DNA of 64,000 nt, taken from an uncultured delta proteobacterium (GTDB taxonomy: Bacteria > Desulfobacterota > Binatia > UBA9968). The notes beneath the pieces are model-generated. The model had not been told where the DNA came from, did not search any database, and worked only from the letters and a program-made list of their open reading frames with translations. This document shows, one piece after another, positions 43,747-53,054 of this stretch. The DNA is taken from positions 192,001-256,000 of the forward strand of contig CAVSHR010000008.1 in assembly GCA_963727625.1 (NCBI GenBank), read 5' to 3'. Position numbers and translations under genes: made by a program. Within the stretch, counting starts at the first letter, position 1, and the number at the start of each line of letters is the position of its first letter.

Positions 43747-44679
43747 CTATTTAGCCAACATTCGTGCGAGTTTCTTCTCGGTCGGCTCGTCCCGATGCGT
43801 CTCGTACCAAGCATAGAGACGGCTGATCATGGACGGATCGCGATTAAGCCGCCGCCCTAGTTCCTTCGTCGTCAGTCCACACTGTTGCCGTGCCAGGTAC
43901 ACCAGCTGCGCTCTCATGGCCACCCATCGACGCTGCCGCCCGACGTGCAGCAATACCTCGCTTTTCACATCATGGGCTTGTGCAATCGTTTCGAGCAGCC
44001 GGGCAAAGCTCACTTTATTTCCCCTTATCTCAACTTCTCGGGCTTCGCTACGCTCGGCCACCTTGCTTAAAAATCGCTCTTCACCCAAAAAGCGCTGGTC
44101 GATGGTTTCATAGTACTTCTCGTCGTGCCCCTGTTTGAACCCGTCTTCGATAAACCCCTGGTATCCCCGCCGGGCGGCTCCCAGGGTCGAGCCAAACTGG
44201 CCAAGCGTTGCTTCGGTGTCGACTTTGACGGCAGCCGGTTTGCCCAGATACGCCCCGTGGCTGCTCCAGCGATAGCGCCACGGATTCTCGGGGACTTTCA
44301 ATCGAGCCGGATTGAGATGGATATAGCGCACCAGTTCAAGCAGGTAGGCGTCGCGGTCGCAGAGGATCGCCTTGTAGCGGCCTTGAAACAGGTGGCCGAC
44401 CTTGCCGTGGCGGCGGTTGAATATCTGGGTATAGCTTCCTTGAATCCCTTGCATGATCTTGGATAGTCCAACGCGCTTGGTCTCGATCAGGATGTGGACG
44501 TGGTTGGCCATCAAGACATAAGCATGGAGCCGAAAGCCGTAGCGCTGGCGATAGTGCTCGATGCGTTGGAGGTAGCTCTGGCGGTCGTGCTCGTCGTGGA
44601 AGGTCTTCTGGCGCTGGTTGCCGCGCACGATGACATGGTACAAGGCACCGTCAAACTCGACTCGGGGCTTTCGTGCCAT
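43747..44679 (-). CDS. RAYT/IS200-like Y1 HUH transposase with C-terminal HTH, copy 1
   Basis: YHVIVRGN, MANHVHIL (HUH), GHLFQGRY, RYIHLNP catalytic Tyr, YRWSS, C-terminal TTKELGRRLNRD HTH. Confidence 0.92.
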   Translation of the reverse strand: MARKPRVEFDGALYHVIVRGNQRQKTFHDEHDRQSYLQRIEHYRQRYGFRLHAYVLMANHVHILIETKRVGLSKIMQGIQGSYTQIFNRRHGKVGHLFQGRYKAILCDRDAYLLELVRYIHLNPARLKVPENPWRYRWSSHGAYLGKPAAVKVDTEATLGQFGSTLGAARRGYQGFIEDGFKQGHDEKYYETIDQRFLGEERFLSKVAERSEAREVEIRGNKVSFARLLETIAQAHDVKSEVLLHVGRQRRWVAMRAQLVYLARQQCGLTTKELGRRLNRDPSMISRLYAWYETHRDEPTEKKLARMLAK

Positions 44680-44687
44680 GCCGGCAC

Positions 44688-44715
44688 AGTATCAGTGGAG
44701 AAGACTGAATGTCAA
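44688..44715 (-). promoter_or_regulatory. Transposase promoter (also present in the other copies with a 5' end)
   Basis: Minus strand TTGACA-16 bp-GATACT ending 8 nt before the ATG; no SD sequence. Confidence 0.6.
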
Positions 44716-44720
44716 ATAAA

Positions 44721-44738
44721 TCAATACTCAGGCCTGAC
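44721..44738. repeat. Element inverted repeat, 5' end of transposase copy 1
   Basis: TCAATACTCAGGCCTGAC is the exact reverse complement of 43729-43746. Confidence 0.9.
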
Positions 44739-44770
44739 CCTATTTCCTATTTCTCTGCTGCGGTCGACCC

Positions 44771-44926
44771 CTCAGATGATGCAGGTGACGAGGGCGGCAT
44801 TTCAAGCCGTTGCGAACCTGAATGAACAGGCCACTGACCCCAAGAGCCACACCCTCGTCAAAATCTCTTTACAGGATTCTTTTAAATCCTGCTACCTGCT
44901 AAATTCCTATGGTAGACCCCAATTCC
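44771..44926. repeat. About 155-bp non-coding element, copy 2
   Basis: Similar to 42544-42700; contains a CAGGATT/AATCCTG hairpin; ends GGTAGACCCCAATTCC. Confidence 0.9.
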
Positions 44927-44943
44927 TGACGCGTATTTGCTGG

Positions 44944-45363
44944 TTACGCCTGTCTGTCACGATCAACCCTCGCGCACATACCGTAGGCGATCATTGCGAC
45001 TATGGTGGAAAACAAATATATCCATAGAAACAAGGCAGCTCCTTGAGCAAACAGCAGAAGACTGGCCGGAATTACTGGCGTGACGGCCAGAGCAGCAAGA
45101 CGTGGATACCTTTCAACAAAACCGTAAGGCAAGAGGAGCGAGGCAAGACTATAAACAAGCGAGGCCAACACCATTGCGACCACTAGTAAAAGGTACGTGT
45201 ACGCCGCGCTATCCAAGAAATCTATAAGATTAGTGCTTCCGGGCTCACCTCGGAGCCTGAGTTCAAACTCCAGCGCAACCAAAAACACTGGCAAAAACAT
45301 CGCCGCCGCTATGAAGGCGTTCCAAAGAAACATCGATATGAGTTTCCGCCAATTCATCATCAC
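44944..45363 (-). CDS. Putative immunity protein (about 4 TM helices)
   Basis: Hydrophobic 139-aa ORF with a GTGA overlap on the stop of the upstream toxin tip. Confidence 0.65.
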   Translation of the reverse strand: MMMNWRKLISMFLWNAFIAAAMFLPVFLVALEFELRLRGEPGSTNLIDFLDSAAYTYLLLVVAMVLASLVYSLASLLLPYGFVERYPRLAALAVTPVIPASLLLFAQGAALFLWIYLFSTIVAMIAYGMCARVDRDRQA

Positions 45364-45830
45364 GGCGATCCAACCGTTACACTACCGCAAATTCCTGTTA
45401 GGCATATGGCACGCGATTCCCGGCTCCGAAACAAGAACTGAGTTGATCCGCCTACGGTCCGCGTAAGCTCAAACGAAGGGAACGGGTCTATGACGCCTCG
45501 GGCGAGAATGCCCCCCGAATTTGCCGTAATAGAGAGATTAAAGTCTATTGCCGGTCCAATGCCGAACAGATCAAAAGAGTTTCGAACCGCACCGCTCAAA
45601 CCCACCGTGTTTCCCCTTACCCCAACGTTTACTATATTACCTTGGCCAATTGTCAAAGCAGACCTGCAGACTTGAACTGCTGCGGCACATGTAGGGTTGA
45701 CCTGAAAACTACCGGTTCCCGTCTCAAAATCGAGGTTGAAAAACGCGCGGGACCGAGTGGGATTTGGAGCAGGATCAAAATCGCGTGCATCTCCCCGAAG
45801 ACCAAGGGCGGCTCGGGATCCAATGGTGGG
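45360..45830 (-). pseudogene. Orphan toxin tip (DUF3238-like), 5'-truncated at the element end
   Basis: Open frame from the element junction: LRGDARDF...SRAF...PAIDF...DPFPSFE; no native start. Confidence 0.5.
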
Positions 45831-45838
45831 GATCTGGT

Positions 45839-45856
45839 GTCAGGCCTGAGTATTGA
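45839..45856. repeat. Element inverted repeat, 3' end of copy 2
   Basis: Identical GTCAGGCCTGAGTATTGA. Confidence 0.9.
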
Positions 45857-46789
45857 CTATTTGGCCAACATTCGTGCGAGTTTCTTCTCGGTCGGCTCGT
45901 CCCGATGCGTCTCGTACCAAGCATAGAGACGGCTGATCATGGACGCATCGCGATTAAGCCGCCGCCCTAGTTCCTTCGTCGTCAGTCCACACTGTTGCCG
46001 TGCCAGGTACACCAGCTGCGCTCTCATGGCCACCCATCGACGCTGCCGCCCGACGTGCAGCAATACCTCGCTTTTCACATCATGGGCTTGTGCAATCGTT
46101 TCGAGCAGCCGGGCAAAGCTCACTTTATTTCCCCTTATCTCAACTTCTCGGGCTTCGCTACGCTCGGCCACCTTGCTTAAAAATCGCTCTTCACCCAAAA
46201 AGCGCTGGTCGATGGTTTCATAGTACTTCTCGTCGTGCCCCTGTTTGAAACCGTCTTCGATAAACCCCTGGTATCTCCGCCGGGCGGCTCCCAGGGTCGA
46301 GCCAAACTGGCCAAGCGTTGCTTCGGTGTCGACTTTGACGGCAGCCGGTTTGCCCAGATACGCCCCGTGGCTGCTCCAGCGATAGCGCCACGGATTCTCG
46401 GGGACTTTCAATCGAGCCGGATTGAGATGGATATAGCGCACCAGTTCAAGCAGGTAGGCGTCGCGGTCGCAGAGGATCGCCTTGTAGCGGCCTTGAAACA
46501 GGTGGCCGACCTTGCCGTGGCGGCGGTTGAATATCTGGGTATAGCTTCCTTGGATGCCCTGCATGATCTTGGACAGTCCAACACGCTTGGTCTCGATCAG
46601 GATGTGGACGTGGTTGGCCATCAAGACATAAGCATGGAGCCGAAAGCCGTAGCGCTGGCGATAGTGCTCGATGCGTTGGAGGTAGCTCTGGCGGTCGTGA
46701 TCGTCGTGGAAGGTCTTCTGGCGCTGGTTGCCGCGCACGATGACGTGGTACAAGGCACCGTCAAACTCGACTCGGGGCTTTCGCGCCAT
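45857..46789 (-). CDS. RAYT/IS200-like Y1 HUH transposase, copy 2
   Basis: Near-identical to copy 1, with a few substitutions. Confidence 0.92.
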   Translation of the reverse strand: MARKPRVEFDGALYHVIVRGNQRQKTFHDDHDRQSYLQRIEHYRQRYGFRLHAYVLMANHVHILIETKRVGLSKIMQGIQGSYTQIFNRRHGKVGHLFQGRYKAILCDRDAYLLELVRYIHLNPARLKVPENPWRYRWSSHGAYLGKPAAVKVDTEATLGQFGSTLGAARRRYQGFIEDGFKQGHDEKYYETIDQRFLGEERFLSKVAERSEAREVEIRGNKVSFARLLETIAQAHDVKSEVLLHVGRQRRWVAMRAQLVYLARQQCGLTTKELGRRLNRDASMISRLYAWYETHRDEPTEKKLARMLAK

Positions 46790-46831
46790 GCCGGGCACAG
46801 TATCAGTGGAGAAGACTGAATGTCAAATAAA

Positions 46832-46845
46832 TCAATACTCAGGCC
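46832..46845. repeat. Element inverted repeat, 5' end of copy 2 (truncated after AGGCC)
   Basis: TCAATACTCAGGCC. Confidence 0.85.
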
Positions 46846-46865
46846 CTAACGCATGACCGAAAAGC

Positions 46866-47283
46866 TTAGCTGTCGATCCTTAGATACACTAACTTATTAT
46901 CTACGAAAACTATTTTATCCTGGCGATTTTTAACCTCTTTTGTCAAAATGCACGCCCGGGATTGTCCATCAACGTCAACATCTTGAGGTGGAATACCGGA
47001 TTGTTCAAAAGTGCCAGGTTCAAAGCCAGGAGGACATGTAGTCGTGAAATTATTTCTGATATTTGTCGGCAACGAAAAAATGGTCAAGGTGGCTCCCTGG
47101 CCAAAAAAAGCATCGTGCTGGTCTCGCTGCCATGTCACACGCAGGCCGTCGGGCAGAGGAAACCCTATAATCCCTTCAACAATACGAACTGGCGACAAAA
47201 GCCATGAATAGACCTCGCGCCATGAACCCACGCACGGAACAATTACCGAGAAAGGAAATTGTGATCAACCAAGACTTGCGCAT
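46866..47283 (-). CDS. Putative immunity protein with N-terminal anchor (frameshift near 47250)
   Basis: ATG at 47283 (MRKSWLITISF) lies 6 nt after the toxin stop; the body continues in the 46866-47231 frame. Confidence 0.5.
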
Positions 47284-47289
47284 GTTTTT

Positions 47290-48865
47290 TCACCTCGGTT
47301 TCACATACTGCCCATAGGTTATGTCGAATGGGGCACAATTGCCTCCAATCGCACATGTTGCTTGGATAATTAAACTAATACCGTTACGGTGAGTAAGCAA
47401 CTTGCTCTGTTGTATGTTAAAGTTGTAATTATCGTAAAATCCAATTGCTTGACCGTTTGTATTGTAAAAAACACTTGCGGTACCGAAAAGCAAAGTCGAA
47501 ATTTGAATTCGGACCAAAATCGAACTGCTTTCGTATAAGAATCTGACCGCTCAACTTAATTACGTAATACTAAGTGGACTTCGATTCGACACCCAGTCCG
47601 TTACTTCGTTGAACTGAGATGGGGACAATCGTACGCCGTTGTTCTGTCCTAACCAGTATTTTTCAAAAAGCGATTTTTCGAATTCTGTGTTTAATCTAGA
47701 ATGATTTCGTATTACATTCCCTATGAGCCCCAAGTCCGGATGTGAAGATCGTCCTCCGCGTCCGCCAGGATAGTCGTTTCCTGCTGAAGCCAGAAGGACG
47801 GGACTAAAGAACCCTCCTCCGCCTGCATTGCTAACCCAGGAATCTGCGGATCGCCGGTATCAGGAACAAATCCTCCCTGATTTGTTCAACCCAACTGAAA
47901 ACTGGTTGCGATATCCCGAATCAATCCCGCTGTCCCCAAGACGTGCTGAACCCCACACCGGCCTCCGCTAAAGTCGAAAATCCTCCTGGCGGCAAACCAG
48001 TCGCGATCGAGACAAAATCAAGTATGACGCTAAAGATCTTTCCGAAGATACTATTAAAAAACCCGCCCTTTTTCTTATGCCTGTGGAAATACCCGCTGGG
48101 ATCGGTGTAATTTTGCGGGCTGTTTAAGACGTAGCTGTAGCGGTTGAGGTTCTGGGGATCGAAGGGCGTTTGGACAAATGGATCGGCGGAGATGAATCTC
48201 CCAATCTCGGCGTCGTAATACCGGCCACCGTAATAGTAGAGTCCGGTCTCCGGATCCAGCTCTTTGCCCGTGAACCGATGGGTTGGATCGATGGTGCCTT
48301 CTGAACGCGAAATCGTTCCCCAAGGATCGTATTCGACGAGCTGGACTCTCGTCCCGTTGATGTCGGTGACGACATTGACGCTGCCCAGATGATCGTTGTG
48401 GTAGAAGTATTTGTTGGCCCCCCGCTTTGAGGCAACGTTTTCATCGCCGATGCGGATGTATTTGATCACCACTCCGTTCGGATCGATCTCGTAGCCCGAA
48501 AAGGGGTAAATCGTAATACCGGTCGGAGCGTTCTTCTTCACCCGCACACCGCCATAGTCGTACTCCATCGAAGTGCTGCCGCCGCCGGAGATGGCAATAC
48601 TGCTGACCCGGTTGTCGATGTCCCAGGTGAGGGTCTGGTTGCCCCTCGTCAGCATGTTGCCGTTGGCGTCGTAGGTGTAGCTCTTGCTCGAGACCCGCGT
48701 GATTGGTGACCGCCGAGGGGTGCATCGAATCGCCGTAGCTTAAGGTCGATCCGCACTTGTCGGTGAGATTGCCGATGGAGTTGTAGGTATAGGAACAGTT
48801 CTGCTGGGACTGACCGGCGCCGAAGGTCCCTGCGCCGGTGATCATGCGGTTCAGATCGTCGTAGG
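47290..48865 (-). pseudogene. Orphan Rhs core fragment plus C-terminal toxin tip (frameshifted)
   Basis: YDDLNRM, HNDHLGS, FTGKELDPETGLYYYGGRYYD, SPQNYTDPSG; tip ends ...FYDNYNFN...HR...PFDITYGQYVKPR*. Confidence 0.85.
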
Positions 48866-48876
48866 CAGAATCTGGT

Positions 48877-48894
48877 GTCAGGCCTGAGTATTGA
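48877..48894. repeat. Element inverted repeat, 3' end of copy 3
   Basis: Identical GTCAGGCCTGAGTATTGA. Confidence 0.9.
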
Positions 48895-49827
48895 CTATTT
48901 AGCCAACAATCGTGCGAGTCTCTTTTCGGTCGGCTCGTCCCGATGCGTCTCGTACCAAGCATAGAGACGGCTGATCATGGACGCATCGCGATGAAGCCGC
49001 CGCCCTAGTTCCTTCGTCGTCAGTCCACACTGTTGCCGTGCCAGGTACACCAGCTGCGCTCTCATGGCCACCCATCGACGCTGCCGCCCGACGCGCAGCA
49101 ATACCTCGCTTTTCATATCATGGGCTTGTGAAATCGTTTCGAGCAGCCGGGCAAAGCTCACTTTATTTCCCCTTATCTCAACTTCTCGGGCTTCGCTACG
49201 CTCGGCCACCTTGCTTAAAAATCGTTCTTCACCCAAAAAGCGCTGGTCGATGGTTTCATAGTACTTCTCGTCGTGCCCCTGTTTGAACCCGTCTTCGATA
49301 AACCTCTGGTATCCCCGCCGGGCGGCTCCCAGGGTCGAGCCAAACTGGCCAAGCATTGCTTCGGTGTCGACTTTGACGGCACTCGGTTTGCCCAGATACG
49401 CCCCGTGGCTGCTCCAGCGATAGCGCCACGGATTCTCGGGGACTTTCAATCGAGCCGGATTGAGATGGATATAGCGCACCAGTTCAAGCAGGTAGGCGTC
49501 GCGGTCACAGAGGATCGCCCGGTAGCGGCCTTGAAACAGGTGGCCGACCTTGCCGTGGCGGCGGTTGAATATCTGGGTGTAGCTTCCTTGGATGCCCTGC
49601 ATGATCTTGGACAGTCCAACACGCTTGGTCTCGATCAGGATGTGGACGTGGTTGGCCATCAAGACATAAGCATGGAGCCGAAAGCCGTGGCGCTGGCGAT
49701 AGTATTCGATCCGTTGGAGGTAGCTCTGGCGGTCGTGATCGTCGTGGAAGGTCTTCTGGCGCTGGTTGCCGCGCACGATAACGTGGTAGAAGGCGCCGTC
49801 AAACTCGACTCGGGGCTTTCGCGCCAT
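48895..49827 (-). CDS. RAYT/IS200-like Y1 HUH transposase, copy 3
   Basis: Same motifs; more substitutions relative to copies 1 and 2. Confidence 0.92.
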   Translation of the reverse strand: MARKPRVEFDGAFYHVIVRGNQRQKTFHDDHDRQSYLQRIEYYRQRHGFRLHAYVLMANHVHILIETKRVGLSKIMQGIQGSYTQIFNRRHGKVGHLFQGRYRAILCDRDAYLLELVRYIHLNPARLKVPENPWRYRWSSHGAYLGKPSAVKVDTEAMLGQFGSTLGAARRGYQRFIEDGFKQGHDEKYYETIDQRFLGEERFLSKVAERSEAREVEIRGNKVSFARLLETISQAHDMKSEVLLRVGRQRRWVAMRAQLVYLARQQCGLTTKELGRRLHRDASMISRLYAWYETHRDEPTEKRLARLLAK

Positions 49828-49869
49828 GCAGCCACAGTATCAGTGGGGAAGACTGCAACGTCAAATAAA

Positions 49870-49887
49870 TCAATACTCAGGCCTGAC
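49870..49887. repeat. Element inverted repeat, 5' end of copy 3
   Basis: TCAATACTCAGGCCTGAC followed by tandem CCCTATTCCCTCT x2. Confidence 0.9.
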
Positions 49888-49915
49888 CCTATTCCCTCTC
49901 CCTATTCCCTCTCCC

Positions 49916-50295
49916 CAATCGAGCCGGATTGAGATGGATGTAGCGCACCAGTTCGAGCAGGTAGGCGTCGCGGTCGCAGAGGATCGCCTTGTAGCGTCCT
50001 TGAAATAGGTGGCCGACCTTGCGGTGGCGGCGGTTGAATATCTGGGTGTAGCTTCCTTGGATCCCCTGCATGATCTTGGATAGCCCAACGCTCTTGGTCT
50101 CGATCAGGATGTGGACGTGGTTGGCCATCAAGACGTAAGCGTAGAGCCGAAAGCCGTAGCGCTGGCGATAGTGCTCGATGCGTTGGAAATAGCTCTGGCG
50201 GTCGTGATCGTCGTGAAAGGTCTTCTGGCGCTGGTTACCGCGCACTATGACATGGTAGAAGGCACCGTCAAACTCGACTCGGGCTTTCGTGCCAT
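49916..50295 (-). pseudogene. Transposase copy 4, 5' fragment (frameshifted, truncated after RYIHLNPARL)
   Basis: Homologous to the first approximately 380 bp of the other copies; one G is missing near 50281. Confidence 0.9.
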
Positions 50296-50336
50296 GCCGC
50301 CACCGTATCAGTGGAGAAGACTCAATGTCAAATAAA

Positions 50337-50350
50337 TCAATACTCAGGCC
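50337..50350. repeat. Element inverted repeat, 5' end of copy 4 (truncated after AGGCC)
   Basis: TCAATACTCAGGCC followed by CCAATTCCTGACGC. Confidence 0.85.
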
Positions 50351-50371
50351 CCAATTCCTGACGCTTGGACC

Positions 50372-50878
50372 CTATTCTTCTCTACTCTGGATTTCCTCCT
50401 CGTAAAATGCCACCTCAAATCCACATTCAAGATTTAGTTCGGCGAGAAGACTCATTTGCTCGGGCCAAAGGGTTGGCCCACCATCCCCCGCAGCGGACCA
50501 CCACACACAAGTAACTGCCATGACTACATCTTCGGCTTCCTGAATCGCGCGTAGCTTATCTTTCACAGGAAAAAGCCGCGCGAGCAACCAATCGAGATGC
50601 CTTCTAACATCTTTCGATTGAACGTGACCTTCTGAGGAAAGAAACCATCCTCCGATTTTGGCCTCTCTCCCGACACCACGAGAGTTTTTTTTGATTTCGC
50701 CTTTCGACTGGCTATTGGTTGCTTCGATCCCGAGGAGGGTTGTAATTGAGCCCGGATCGAGCCTATGTCCGTAGATTCGTAGTTTAGCCAACGTTCTTTC
50801 GCATGTTTCATAGGCATCATTGATCGGGGTTAGCCGTGAAGCTTCTATTCGCATAAAATCCTCATCGAACGAATTCAC
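50372..50878 (-). CDS. Putative immunity protein, DUF4279-like
   Basis: LDPGSITTLLGIEAT..KG...W.LSS...HL.WLL..L pattern; overlaps the toxin stop. Confidence 0.7.
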   Translation of the reverse strand: MNSFDEDFMRIEASRLTPINDAYETCERTLAKLRIYGHRLDPGSITTLLGIEATNSQSKGEIKKNSRGVGREAKIGGWFLSSEGHVQSKDVRRHLDWLLARLFPVKDKLRAIQEAEDVVMAVTCVWWSAAGDGGPTLWPEQMSLLAELNLECGFEVAFYEEEIQSREE

Positions 50879-53028
50879 TAATATTCCCTATAATATTTCC
50901 AGCCTTGTCGAGGTAATTACCAATAGCATCTATTTTGCCATGAAAATCTGAGCCTTTTCCATAGAAATCCTTTAGCTCCTCAACGGCACGCCCCCATTCT
51001 CGCGGAGTGCGGTCAATGTCAAAAAACTTGTTAAGAGCTTTCGCGGTACTCGACCGAATTGTGTTGCCTCCGCTTTGCAGGATACGTACACGAGCGGCAC
51101 CCACGGTACCTTCTGCAAAGCTACCGCTAAGCCGGGGAAGTATGACCTTCGGAGCCTGCTGTAGTGCTTTTAAAATTCCGACGCGCGCAATGCCCACCAG
51201 ACCTGTGAGGATATCGATTGGGTCGATGAGCGGCTGATCCAATCCCGGTTCATCCATCCACGGTGGGCGCGAACGGATTCCGAAATCTGATCTAGCGTCA
51301 CTCACTACGGTTCCCCCTGTGACGTCGGCTTGCGCTACCTGTATCCCCGGCGCGAATCCGCTTGCGAAGACCCCTGCGTGACTCGCCGCCACTGCGGAAG
51401 CCAGAAGAGCTGGAGATTCAAGCCCTGGCGGAGCCAACCCTCCCAACAGGCCCGCAGTAAATCCCCCAGATGAGCCCGCCGAGAAACGGATTCCCGCCAT
51501 TCAGCGCGGCATTGACCGCACCACCAACTGCGCCGCCTACCGCTCCTGCAACCAGCGCCGGATAACCAGCGCCGTAGGTTACCACTGTGATGATGGCACC
51601 GATGAAAAACCCAAAGAAACTCCTGAAAAACCCGCCCTTCTTTTTCTTATGCCTGATGAAAATACCCACTCGGGTCGGTGTAGTTCTGCGGGCTGTTGAG
51701 GACGTAGCTGTAGCGGTTGAGATTCTGGGGATCGAAGAGCGTTCATGAACAAACGGATCGGCGGAGATGAATCTCCCGACCTCGGCGTCGTAATACCGGC
51801 CACCGTAATAGTAGAGGCCGGTCTCCGGATCTAGCTCTTTGCCGGTAAACCGATGGGTGGGATCGACGGTGCCTTCCGAGCGCGAGATGGTGCCCCACGG
51901 GTCGTATTCGACGAGCTGGACCCTCGTCCCGTTGATGTCGGTGACGACATTGACACTGCCCAGATGATCGTTGTGATAGAAGTATTTGTTGGTCCCCCGT
52001 TTTGCGGCAACGTTTTCATCGCCGATGCGGATGTATTTGATCACCACTCCGTTGGGATCGATCTCGTAGCCCGAAAAGGGATAGATGAAGGTACCGGCCG
52101 GAGCGTTCTTCTTCACCCGCACACCGCCATAGTCGTACTCCATCGAAGTGCTGCCGCCGCCGGAGATGGCAATACTGCTGACCCGGTTGTCGATGTCCCA
52201 GGTGAGGGTCTGGTTGCCCCTCGTCAGCATGTTGCCGTTGGCGTCGTACGTGTAGTTCTTGCTCAGGCCCGCATGATTGGTGACCGCGGAGGGGTGCATC
52301 GAATCGCCGTAGCTTAAGGTCGATCCGCACTTGTCGGTGAGATTGCCGATGGCGTTGTAGGTATAGGAACAGTTCTGCTGGGACTGACCGGCGCCGAAGG
52401 TCCCTGCGCCGGTGATCATGCGGTTCAGATCGTCGTAGGTAAACGTCCGGCTCGCGGTAAAGAGACTGTCGGTGATGGACGTGACGTTGCCGTTGTTGTC
52501 GTAGCCGTAGGATAAATTCTGCTGGTTGCCTGAGGTGGCCTTGTTGGTCACCCGGAAGTTGTTAACGTTATACGTCCAGGTGGTGGTGAGATTATTGGCG
52601 TAGGTAAGCTGGGTTTTCTGGCCGCGGGCATTGTAGGTGATGCCGTTGATGTAGCCGGGCGCGGTGTTTAACCAGCCGGCTTCGTTGTACGTATACGTGA
52701 CCGTTTCACTGTCGGGGAATGTCTCGCTGGTGATGCGGTTGAGGGCGTCGTAGCTTTGCGCCATGGTTTGCCACACGCCCAAGAGCAGGCGCTGGGTCTG
52801 GGTCGTCCTGCCCAACTGATCGTAGGCAAATTTGGTCGTGGTCGCCTGATCGACGATTTGTGTCACCCGGCCCTTCGAATAGGGCACCGCGGCATCGTCA
52901 TAGGTCCAGGTAATGAGCGTCGTCGCGCAGGTCGATCCCTGCTTTTTGGTAGTGGGGCGGCCTAAGGAATCGTAATCGAAACAGAGCGTCTGGCCATTGG
53001 CGTCTTTCTGGGTGACGAGATCGCCGGC
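50862..53028 (-). pseudogene. Rhs/YD-repeat protein, N-terminally truncated, with C-terminal toxin tip (frameshifts near 51742, 51657, 51480)
   Basis: YD repeats from AGDLVTQKDANG..., Rhs core FTGKELDPETGLYYYGGRYYD, Gly-rich hydrophobic linker, variable tip. Confidence 0.88.
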
Positions 53029-53036
53029 AATCTGGT

Positions 53037-53054
53037 GTCAGGCCTGAGTATTGA
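53037..53054. repeat. Element inverted repeat, 3' end of copy 5
   Basis: Identical GTCAGGCCTGAGTATTGA. Confidence 0.9.

Noticed and set aside
48441-48962. Programmed in-frame fusion of the element end (SQYSGLTPD) to downstream toxin ORFs
   Set aside because: In frame only at 48870. The other three junctions are in different frames (+1, +1, +2), consistent with chance.
43747-49827. Transposase copies as pure assembly duplication
   Set aside because: Copies differ by many substitutions and have distinct flanks. Read-level confirmation is still advisable.
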